This document shows, piece by piece, positions 20,503 to 28,478 of a stretch of 29,860 bases of DNA (positions are counted from its first letter, which is position 1; the number at the start of each line of letters is the position of its first letter). The notes beneath the pieces were generated by a model, which saw nothing but the letters and a program-made list of their open reading frames with translations, made no database searches and was not told the origin of the DNA. The DNA comes from an uncultured archaeon. GTDB lineage: Archaea > Iainarchaeota > Iainarchaeia > Iainarchaeales > DATDZZ01. The position numbers were made by a program, and so were the translations under genes. Location: positions 1 through 29,860 of the forward strand of contig CAYJVY010000013.1 in the NCBI GenBank assembly GCA_964373795.1. The letters are read 5' to 3'.

Positions 20503-22356
20503 CTAACTGCATTTTGGGTTTAAGAAGTTTTTTATTGTCACTGATTTTTCTGCAATATTGTTGTTTAAAGAAATTTTTAAATCACAAATGTCCTTGTTTT
20601 CTGTATGATAATTTAAATCAACAAATTTAGTGTTGATATTTTTATCTAATTGCTGGCTAATTTTAGTGCAACTTTCTTGATGTGATTTTTCTATTATTGG
20701 AACAATACAATAAATTGTTTTTGATTTTGAAGGACGACTAGTTATTTCTTTATCGTTAATTAAAATATTAAATCTAGGGATTTTATTTATGTCAGTAATT
20801 GATTCTAGCAACAAATAATTATTATCATAATTAAAGATGTTGAGATGAATATTTGGAAGCTCTTGTGGTTGCAAATAGTTTTCTTTTTGTTTTAAATTAA
20901 AAGACATAACAGAACTTATTAGATTTCCGTCCACAATTTCTTCATCTAATAATTTAATATCAAATTCATTTGAAGTGTATTCATTAATGAATGGGTTTTT
21001 GATTTTATTTAGTATTGCAAAGTTTTTTCCTCTATATGTTTTTGCAAAAACGTTTCCATCAGGAGTTATTTTGATTATTTTTCCATTTGAATCCAAGATG
21101 TGTACAAAAGGAATGTCATGAATGAATTCAACTCTTTTCATTGATTCAAAAATCTCATGAACATATACTCCTGCTGGACTAATTATTTCTGGACAAACAC
21201 TATCTGCTCGTGCCTCTAAAACAATGCTTTTAGCCACTAATTTTTTAGTTGAATCTAAAACATATCCTAATGGAATTTTATTTATTTTTGAATCAGCTAA
21301 ACAAGAGTTTTTAACATTTAATATTTTTGTTTCACCGTTTTCTAAAATTGTTTGATTGTATTCTTTTAATCCAAGTCTTACTAAACTTGGCCCTATTGGA
21401 TAATTTTCTCTTGAAAATCCATACAATCCTATTTGAGTTATATTATACCAAGGAAATGGCCCTATTGCCCCACTTCCATATAGTCCTGTTCCATATGCAT
21501 CTTTGTTTTCACCAAATTTTTTGTCATGCAATAGTTCATGTGAAAGTGTATATCCAAAGTTTGTAAGATCTCTATCTGAATAATATGCGAAATGACTAGA
21601 ATTTAATTTAATTGTAATACTATTTGAGTTATTTTCAATATGATTTGCTACTCCTTCTCCGTAATCAACAACAATTACTAATACTCCAAATTCATTTAAA
21701 TTTGGAATTTGTTTTATTTCTTCTTCAAAGCTTTCATTTGAATATGTATTAGAATCAATTATTTTATCTGTTACAATCTTGTTTAAGATTTCATAATTAG
21801 GGTTAACAAAAATGTTTCCATTAAACATTGATTCTAAAATAAATTTAAATCTCTCAAATCGTGGAGTAATACGTTCTTTGTTTAAATCAAATCCTGCATT
21901 ATTTTTTGGTTCTATCTCTACAAATGCAAACTTTAAATTTTTTGGATAGTTGTATAATGTTGGCTTGAAATCTTTTATTTCTGGAACTATTAAATCAATT
22001 TCAGTTAATTTTGTAATTTTTTTTGTTCCCGTATTTTCATCTTTTGATGGCTGAATTATTGGTTCAATTTTTTTATTTTCATCAATTACTTTTATCTCTG
22101 CATTTTTATCAGTTTTTGGGAACGCAATTTTACTGTTTTGATCTAAAATTTTTTTGTTGTTTTCATCTGAAATAAGTTCTTGATTTAAGTCTTTTACTTC
22201 TTGTTCATTTTTATCAGTAGATGGAATAATTATTTCTTCATTGGCATCGTTTATTATAACAATTTTTACATTTGAATCTTTTGTTTCGCTTCTTTTTTCA
22301 GTAATACACCCACTTAAAAGAATAAACAAAGCAATTACTAAAACAATTTTTTTCAT
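20503..22356 (-). CDS. Secreted lipoprotein with an HExxH zinc-metalloprotease-like motif
   Basis: 'MKKIVLVIALFILLSGC' is a signal peptide with a lipobox-like Cys. It is followed by an Asp/Asn/Lys-rich linker with P[ST]xDKN repeats. 'YTLSHELLHDKKFG' contains HELLH. No further family assignment is possible by eye. Confidence 0.55.
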   Translation of the reverse strand: MKKIVLVIALFILLSGCITEKRSETKDSNVKIVIINDANEEIIIPSTDKNEQEVKDLNQELISDENNKKILDQNSKIAFPKTDKNAEIKVIDENKKIEPIIQPSKDENTGTKKITKLTEIDLIVPEIKDFKPTLYNYPKNLKFAFVEIEPKNNAGFDLNKERITPRFERFKFILESMFNGNIFVNPNYEILNKIVTDKIIDSNTYSNESFEEEIKQIPNLNEFGVLVIVVDYGEGVANHIENNSNSITIKLNSSHFAYYSDRDLTNFGYTLSHELLHDKKFGENKDAYGTGLYGSGAIGPFPWYNITQIGLYGFSRENYPIGPSLVRLGLKEYNQTILENGETKILNVKNSCLADSKINKIPLGYVLDSTKKLVAKSIVLEARADSVCPEIISPAGVYVHEIFESMKRVEFIHDIPFVHILDSNGKIIKITPDGNVFAKTYRGKNFAILNKIKNPFINEYTSNEFDIKLLDEEIVDGNLISSVMSFNLKQKENYLQPQELPNIHLNIFNYDNNYLLLESITDINKIPRFNILINDKEITSRPSKSKTIYCIVPIIEKSHQESCTKISQQLDKNINTKFVDLNYHTENKDICDLKISLNNNIAEKSVTIKNFLNPKCS

Positions 22357-22592
22357 TTTTTTCTTTTTCTCCTTTTCTTTTCCTTAATTAGTTCTCTTAC
22401 AAAATCTGCTTGCCTTAAAAGTTTTTCAGCTTTTGTTTTATCTCTAGCCATTCTAGCATGTCTTGAAGCTTCATCTAAAAGCATTGGAACTCCTTCTAAC
22501 ATAAATCTCCCGGTAATTTTTGCTTGTTCTTCTAATTCTTTTTCATAGAAAGCTTTTTGGATCACTCCTCTTTCCTGAAGTTTCCGGTGCAA
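22353..22592 (-). CDS. Small protein paralogous to the C-terminus of 22731..23687
   Basis: 'LLDEASRHARMARDKTKAEKLLRQADFVRELIKEK' aligns with 'LLEEAANLAVKAGQETRAKKLLRQAQFLQEYLKEK'. The stop overlaps the lipoprotein ATG (ATGA), which suggests coupling. The start is uncertain: a TTG directly after an in-frame stop. Confidence 0.4.
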   Translation of the reverse strand: MHRKLQERGVIQKAFYEKELEEQAKITGRFMLEGVPMLLDEASRHARMARDKTKAEKLLRQADFVRELIKEKKRRKRKK

Positions 22593-22730
22593 TTAGCAAT
22601 GACAAAACATTTCCAAGAAGGGATGTAAAAGCATTTGAAACTGCGCTTAAAGACTTTGCATATGCTTGTGGCATGTTTAAAACATCTGGAGCAAATTTTG
22701 GAATAGTTGAACAATTAATTTTTTGAAGCT

Positions 22731-23687
22731 TTAATTTCCTGTTTTTGCTTTTTCTTTTAAATATTCTTGCAAGAATTGTGCTTGTCTTAAAAGTTTTTTT
22801 GCTCGAGTTTCTTGACCTGCTTTTACTGCTAAGTTTGCAGCTTCTTCTAATAATCCTATAGAATTTTCTGCTTGAAATTTTGCAAAAAACTTTGCTTCTG
22901 CTTCAGCTAGCACAGATGCCTTTATAAAATCATTTGCTTGAATTGCTTCAATTCTTTGATTTTCAAGCAATCCTAGATTTAATTTATTCATTTGAGAACG
23001 GAAAAACCTTTTCTCTCCTTCTTCTAAAACTATTGTTTTAGAATTAAGTGCTGCTTCAATTTTTTTTATTAAAGCACGAGCTTTTGCATATCTTTTGTTT
23101 TGCAATTCTTGTCTTGCAATGTGAACTAAATGCTTTGCTTGAATTGCTTCAAGAATTCCTTCTTGTTGTAAACTCAAATTAATTCTTGCACTTCTTAGTT
23201 TTTTTAATAATTGTTTTCCCTTAACAAAATTTCCTTTTAAATATTCCTCTTTAATTTGATCAAATAGCGGAGTAAACCCTAAGTATAGTGAGAGTTCTGT
23301 TTTTTTTCCTTTAAAAAATTGTTTCACTTCAGGTTTTGTGCTTTGAGCTTCAAATTCTTCTACAACTCTAAGCAATTGTTCTTTATTTAAGTATTTTCTT
23401 GCTTGACTCCAAAGCCTTTTTGCAGCTGTAATAGATTTTATTGCCGGAGTTCTAGGAAGTGGCTGAAATTCTTTTAAAGTTTTTCCTTTAAGTCCAAATA
23501 ACTGATCTCCTCTACTTATGAGAAGATCCCTTACTTGAGGATGTCTTGTTCGCGTAATAGCTTCTTCGACAAGGTTTTGTTGTTCTTTAACATTTTTTCC
23601 AGAAATTCTTTGCAAAAACCTTTTAGCGCCTTTTGTAGAACTAATTAATCTTTTTCTTTGAGGAGGTGCATGAATTAATGAATGCAT
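22731..23687 (-). CDS. Hypothetical helical-repeat protein with a basic N-terminus
   Basis: 318-aa ATG ORF. Internal repeats: 'EGILEAIQAKHLVHIARQEL', 'NQRIEAIQANDFIKASVLAE' and 'LLEEAANLAVKAGQETRAKKLL'. No motif recognised. Confidence 0.5.
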   Translation of the reverse strand: MHSLIHAPPQRKRLISSTKGAKRFLQRISGKNVKEQQNLVEEAITRTRHPQVRDLLISRGDQLFGLKGKTLKEFQPLPRTPAIKSITAAKRLWSQARKYLNKEQLLRVVEEFEAQSTKPEVKQFFKGKKTELSLYLGFTPLFDQIKEEYLKGNFVKGKQLLKKLRSARINLSLQQEGILEAIQAKHLVHIARQELQNKRYAKARALIKKIEAALNSKTIVLEEGEKRFFRSQMNKLNLGLLENQRIEAIQANDFIKASVLAEAEAKFFAKFQAENSIGLLEEAANLAVKAGQETRAKKLLRQAQFLQEYLKEKAKTGN

Positions 23688-23738
23688 ATAGAATCACTAA
23701 ATAGTTAATATTATAAATTTTTCAGTGCTTTTGAATAA

Positions 23739-25181
23739 TTAGTTTTTCTTTTTTGGCGCGAGGTGAATTGCTTTTCCTAGAGCTGCTTCTGCGGCTTCCA
23801 TTATTGCTTCACTCATTGTTGGATGAGGATGAATAGTTATTGCAATGTCTTCCAAAGAATTATAGGATTCCATTGCTAAAGCGCATTCTGAAATTAAATC
23901 TGAAGCATTTGGGCCAACAATCCATACTCCAATTATTTCATTTGAATCAGTGTTTACAATGAACTTTACAAATCCATCAATGCGATGCATTGTAAGCGCA
24001 CGCCCTAAAGCAGCAAAAGGAAATTTTCCTATTCTGTAATTAATTCCTTTTTCTTTTGCTTCTCTTTCACTTAAGCCAACTGAAGCAATTTCTGGATCAG
24101 AGTAAACCACTGCAGGAATAACGCGATTTTCAAAAGCACTTTTTTGTCCTGCAATTACTTCTGCTGCAATTTTTCCTTGAGCACTTGCACGGTGTGCAAG
24201 CATTGGCTCGCCTGTTACGTCTCCAATTGCATAAATATTTGAATCACTTGTTTGGCATTGAGAATTAATTATTATTTCTTTTTTATCGTTTAATTTTACT
24301 TTAGTGTTTTCTAGTCCAAGATTTTCAGTGAATGCTTCTCTTCCTAATGCAACTAAAACCTTTTCAACTTCTAATTCATTTTTTTTTCCATCCTTTGATT
24401 CAATTAATAGTTTTACTGAATCTCCTTTTTTTTCACTGCTTTTTACAATTGAATTTAAGTGAATTTTTACTCCAATTTTTTGCAGTTTTTCTTGAACAGT
24501 GTTTACTACATCTTCATCGTATTTAGTCATTAAATGTTCTGATCTATGGATAATATGTGTTTCACTTCCGGCTTTTCCGAAAACAGTTGCTAGTTCTACT
24601 GCAATATATCCTCCTCCAATTACTGCAACTTTTTTTGGAATAAAATCTAAATCTAATGCTTTTTCAGAGTCAATTATTTGTTTTTCATCAAATTTTGCTT
24701 CAAGTAATTCTTTTGATTTAGATCCAGTTGCAATTATTGCTTTCTTGAATTCAATTGCTTGAGCTTCAAGTCTTTCTCCTTCTGCCGGAATTATTCTAAC
24801 TCTGTCTGAGTTTTCAAATCTTGCAAAGGCTTTAATTACTTCAATCCCGTTTGCTTTGCATAAAAATTTTATTCCATTAGTTAGCTTGTCTATTATTCCT
24901 TTCTTCCATTCCTGTGTTTTCTTCATATCCAATGATTTTTTTTCAACGTTTACTCCGAAATCTTTTGCAGAACTTATTTCGTGAAAAAAATCCATTGCAT
25001 GAATTAATGCCTTGGATGGAATGCATCCATGATGCAAGCAAATTCCGCCCCATTCAGCTTTTGCATCAACTAAAATAACTTTTTTTCCTAATTGAGCTGC
25101 GCGAATTGCTGCAACATATCCTCCTGGACCGCCACCTATTACTAGTATTTCTGTTGAAAGACTTAATTCTCCCATTACCAT
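23739..25181 (-). CDS. lpdA: Dihydrolipoyl dehydrogenase (E3)
   Basis: 'VIGGGPGGYVAAIRAAQLG', the redox-active 'GGICLHHGCIPSKAL', a second dinucleotide fold 'VAVIGGGYIAVELA', and C-terminal 'HPHPTMSE'. Confidence 0.9.
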   Translation of the reverse strand: MVMGELSLSTEILVIGGGPGGYVAAIRAAQLGKKVILVDAKAEWGGICLHHGCIPSKALIHAMDFFHEISSAKDFGVNVEKKSLDMKKTQEWKKGIIDKLTNGIKFLCKANGIEVIKAFARFENSDRVRIIPAEGERLEAQAIEFKKAIIATGSKSKELLEAKFDEKQIIDSEKALDLDFIPKKVAVIGGGYIAVELATVFGKAGSETHIIHRSEHLMTKYDEDVVNTVQEKLQKIGVKIHLNSIVKSSEKKGDSVKLLIESKDGKKNELEVEKVLVALGREAFTENLGLENTKVKLNDKKEIIINSQCQTSDSNIYAIGDVTGEPMLAHRASAQGKIAAEVIAGQKSAFENRVIPAVVYSDPEIASVGLSEREAKEKGINYRIGKFPFAALGRALTMHRIDGFVKFIVNTDSNEIIGVWIVGPNASDLISECALAMESYNSLEDIAITIHPHPTMSEAIMEAAEAALGKAIHLAPKKKN

Positions 25182-25202
25182 TTTTTATTCAACTCTTTTT
25201 TT

Positions 25203-25310
25203 CTTTTCAGCTTCGCCTATTGCGATGTCTCGTGCGTCGAGCACGAGGGCCAACGTCGGCCTTCAGCTTCGCCGGCTGATCGCTTCAGCTTCGCCGGCTG
25301 AACGGCGTCA
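25203..25310 (-). repeat. GC-rich junction element (copy B) with a 22-nt tandem repeat
   Basis: About 64% G+C (66/103 by my count for 25208..25310). CTTCAGCTTCGCCGGCTGA occurs at 25261..25279 and 25283..25301 (period 22). A partial third copy, TTCAGCTTCGCC, is at 25206..25217. Hairpin CTCGTGC-GTCGA-GCACGAG is at 25229..25247. Confidence 0.75.
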
Positions 25311-26636
25311 TAAACCTAACAGAAGTAAATCAGGGTTTTCTAAAAACTTAATGATTTCTGTTACAAATCTAGCTGCTTCTGCTCCGTCCACTATTCTGTG
25401 ATCGAATGGCAGGCTTAAAACTGTAATAGTGCGAGTAGCAATTGAATTATCAGGCATTACTTTTACTACTTTTTTGAATGTTCCAATTCCTAGAATTGCT
25501 GCATCTGGTTTGTTAATGATTGGAATGGAAATTGTTCCTCCAAGGCTTCCAACATTTGTTATTGTAAATGTTTGTCCATGTAATTCTTGTAAAGAAATTT
25601 TTCTAGTACGAGCTTTTTCAGTTAATTCTTGTAATTCTTTTGCTAATTCTAAAATGCTTTTTTTATCTGCATTTTTTATTACTGTAACCATTAATCCTTC
25701 AACTGTATCTGTTGCAATTCCTAAATGATAAAATCCTTTTAACACGATTTCTTGTTTTTCTTCATCCAAGGATGAATTAAATTTTGGATATTTTTTTAAT
25801 GCTTGAATTACAGCTTTTATTATGAATGGCAAAAAAGTTAAATGAATTCCTTTTTTTGCAGCTTCTTCTTTTTCTCTAGTCCTTAATTCAACTAATCTTG
25901 TTACATCTGCTTCATCTATTTGCACTGCTTCAGGAATAGTGAACTTGCTTTTAATCATGTTTTCTGCAATTACTTTTCTAATTCCTTTAAATGGAATTCT
26001 TTGTTCTTGTCCTTCAGGAACACTGGATTGAATTGGTTGAAATGCTGGCATGCTTGGAGACTGTGAAAAAGTTTTTGATGAGCGATTAACTGCTTGGCGA
26101 ACGTCTTCATCAGTTATTCTTTCGTTTGGCCCTGTTCCTTGAATTAATTCTATTTGCACTCCTAACTCGCGAGCAAGTTTTCTTGTTGCAGGAGTTGCTT
26201 TCACTTCTTTTGCAGGCGCTCCCACAGTTGCTGGCATTGGTTGTGGAATTGGTTTTGAAATTGTTTCAACTTGTTTTGCTTCAAATGCTTTTTCAATTTT
26301 TTCAGTAATTTTTGGAGTTGGCTCTAAATCATGTTTTTTTGGACGCAGAATTTCAGTGTCTAAATCTTTTCCTGCAACAGTTTTTGGAAGGCTTTCTCCT
26401 TCTTCTCCAAAGGATACAATTACTTGTCCTAAATGAAGAGTGTCTTTTTCTTTTGCATGAAGTTTTAAAATAGTTCCTGCTTTTGGAGCAGGTAATTCTA
26501 CTACTGCTTTATCTGTTTCCACTTCAGCTAATGGTTGATCTTCTTTTACTTTATCTCCTTCTTTCACTAACCATTTAATTAGAATTCCTTCATGAATTCC
26601 TTCTCCTACATCCGGGAATTTGAATTCAAAAACCAT
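25308..26636 (-). CDS. pdhC: Dihydrolipoamide acyltransferase (E2) of a 2-oxoacid dehydrogenase complex
   Basis: Lipoyl domain 'LAEVETDKAVVELPAP', a subunit-binding domain 'ATPATRKLARELGV', and catalytic 'LPFDHRIVDGAEAARF'. Substrate (pyruvate versus branched-chain) cannot be decided from sequence by eye. Confidence 0.9.
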   Translation of the reverse strand: MVFEFKFPDVGEGIHEGILIKWLVKEGDKVKEDQPLAEVETDKAVVELPAPKAGTILKLHAKEKDTLHLGQVIVSFGEEGESLPKTVAGKDLDTEILRPKKHDLEPTPKITEKIEKAFEAKQVETISKPIPQPMPATVGAPAKEVKATPATRKLARELGVQIELIQGTGPNERITDEDVRQAVNRSSKTFSQSPSMPAFQPIQSSVPEGQEQRIPFKGIRKVIAENMIKSKFTIPEAVQIDEADVTRLVELRTREKEEAAKKGIHLTFLPFIIKAVIQALKKYPKFNSSLDEEKQEIVLKGFYHLGIATDTVEGLMVTVIKNADKKSILELAKELQELTEKARTRKISLQELHGQTFTITNVGSLGGTISIPIINKPDAAILGIGTFKKVVKVMPDNSIATRTITVLSLPFDHRIVDGAEAARFVTEIIKFLENPDLLLLGL

Positions 26637-26979
26637 TTTCTGCCTCTATTAGTTTTACAATTGTTTTTACAATTTTTTTATAAAAATCTTTTTTTACCTT
26701 TCCAATTTTTTTAATTGCAAATGATTTTTTAAGCAGATTAATTTTGTCGTATCTTATATATGTTTGAAATTTTAAAGAGCCCTTTTCCATATAGTTGGTT
26801 AATACTCTTAACTCATTAATTTTTTGTGATTTAGTTGTAAGAGCAACAAATAAGGCGTCTTGTGATTTTTGATTGTAATTGTTATTTGATAGTATTATTG
26901 TAGGACGTACTTTGTTTTTTATAAAATTTGTAAAAGGGTAATTTACTAAAACTATGTCTCTTTGATTTAAATCAATCAT
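26626..26979 (-). CDS. MazF/PemK-family toxin
   Basis: 'MIDLNQRDIVLVNYPFTNFIKNKVRPTIILSNN' is a PemK N-terminal signature. It starts 1 nt after the antitoxin stop, and its stop overlaps the first 11 nt of E2. Confidence 0.75.
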   Translation of the reverse strand: MIDLNQRDIVLVNYPFTNFIKNKVRPTIILSNNNYNQKSQDALFVALTTKSQKINELRVLTNYMEKGSLKFQTYIRYDKINLLKKSFAIKKIGKVKKDFYKKIVKTIVKLIEAENGF

Positions 26980-26980
26980 T

Positions 26981-27259
26981 TTATTCCTCTTCTAAATAAG
27001 AACTCCATACATTATCTTCTTCATTATCCCAAACATCTTTAAGCGACTCTTCTGCTAGTTTCAGCCAAAAAAAATCTTCATCGTCTTCTTCACTTAATTT
27101 TCTTAATACTGCTTCTTGTTTTTTTATTATTAGTTCTCCATTTTTTTCAATCAATACCAATGTTTCATTTTTCTTCAATTTTAAGTCTATTCTAAACTCT
27201 TCTGGAATAACTACTTGTCCTCGTTCACCAAGGGTAACAGTTTTAATCTTTGCAATCAT
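26981..27259 (-). CDS. AbrB/SpoVT-fold (MazE-like) antitoxin
   Basis: 'KTVTLGERGQVVIPEEFRIDLKLKKNETLVLIEKNGELIIKK' has the swapped-hairpin barrel pattern (G-x-x-GQV-x-IP). The acidic C-terminal tail is 'AEESLKDVWDNEEDNVWSSYLEEE'. Confidence 0.7.
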   Translation of the reverse strand: MIAKIKTVTLGERGQVVIPEEFRIDLKLKKNETLVLIEKNGELIIKKQEAVLRKLSEEDDEDFFWLKLAEESLKDVWDNEEDNVWSSYLEEE

Positions 27260-27448
27260 TCAAATCACACCAATATGAATAATATGATTTGCCATATTTA
27301 TTAACTTTTCTATTTTTTTATTCACTCTTTTCCAATATATTTCAAGTAATATTTATCTGTTACTTTTTAATAATTATAACTTCTTCTTGGTAAAATCTTT
27401 TAGTGCATTCAGCTTTTTTTCCTACTGAAGTTTCTCACTTAAAAAAAT

Positions 27449-28426
27449 TTATTGTTTTAATGTATCTTTTACTTCTTTTAAAATTCTTTTTTCGTCTGGC
27501 AAGTAATAATGCTCTAATTGCGCTAAAGGAATTATTGTATTGTATCCTGCAATTCTTTTCACTGGAGCTTTTAATTCGTATAATGCTTTTTCATTTATTT
27601 GTGCAGTGATTTCTGCTCCTATTCCTAGAAATTTTACTGCTTCATGAATTATTGCACATCTTCCTGTTTTTTTAACTGATTCAATTATTGTGTTTGAATC
27701 CATTGGAAAAACTGTTCTTAAATCAATTACTTCGCATGAAACTCCTTCTTCTTTTAATGAATCTGCTGCTGCAAGAGTTGGCCGCATAATTGCCCCTAAT
27801 GAAACTAAAGTAATATCTGTTCCTTCTCTTACAATGTTTGATTTTTCTAATGGAATAAAATATTCTTCTTCTGGAACTTCTTCTTTGAATGCTCTATACA
27901 TTTTAAGTGATTCAAAAAATATTACTGGATCTGGATCGTGAATTGCTGATGCAAGTAATCCTTTTGCTTCAATTGGGCTTGAAGGAATTACTACTTTTAA
28001 TCCTGGAACATGGGCAAAAAATGTTTCAGTTGATTCTTGGTGATGTTCTAATGCTCTAATTCCTCCTCCATAAGGAGTTCTTACAACTAAAGGGCAATGA
28101 AATCTTCCTCTAGATCTGTTCCTAATTCTTGCTGCATGGGATACTAGTTCTTCAAATCCTGAATAAACAAATCCACTGAATTGAATTTCTAGAACTGGTT
28201 TTAATCCGTGTACAGCCATTCCAATTCCTGTGCCAATTATTCCTTCCTCTGATAAAGGAGAATCAATTACTCTTTGTTTTCCGTATTTTGCTTGCAAGCC
28301 ATCTGTTACTCTGAATACTCCTCCATCTACTCCAATGTCTTCTCCCATTAAAATAATTGAATCATCTTTACTCATTTGTTGATCTAGACAATTATTTATT
28401 GCATTAACCATATGCATCTGCGGCAT
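27449..28426 (-). CDS. pdhB: 2-Oxoacid dehydrogenase E1 beta subunit
   Basis: 'MPQMHMVNAINNCLDQQM' parallels the 'MAQMTMVQAI' start of Gram-positive PdhB. The ORF shows full-length transketolase-like pyrimidine-binding and C-terminal domains (325 aa). Confidence 0.9.
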   Translation of the reverse strand: MPQMHMVNAINNCLDQQMSKDDSIILMGEDIGVDGGVFRVTDGLQAKYGKQRVIDSPLSEEGIIGTGIGMAVHGLKPVLEIQFSGFVYSGFEELVSHAARIRNRSRGRFHCPLVVRTPYGGGIRALEHHQESTETFFAHVPGLKVVIPSSPIEAKGLLASAIHDPDPVIFFESLKMYRAFKEEVPEEEYFIPLEKSNIVREGTDITLVSLGAIMRPTLAAADSLKEEGVSCEVIDLRTVFPMDSNTIIESVKKTGRCAIIHEAVKFLGIGAEITAQINEKALYELKAPVKRIAGYNTIIPLAQLEHYYLPDEKRILKEVKDTLKQ

Positions 28427-28430
28427 TAAA

Positions 28431-28477
28431 GGTCACGCTCCTTCGCCGTCACGTGCGGCGAGCGCGAAAAGTGCGAC
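28431..28477. repeat. GC-rich junction element (copy C)
   Basis: About 68% G+C (32/47). Palindrome TCGCCG-TCACGTG-CGGCGA is at 28443..28461. GCGGCGAGCG (28455..28464) is identical to 14437..14446. On the mRNA strand, the 3' arm of the hairpin is followed directly by the GGAG upstream of the E1beta ATG. Confidence 0.7.
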
Positions 28478-28478
28478 A

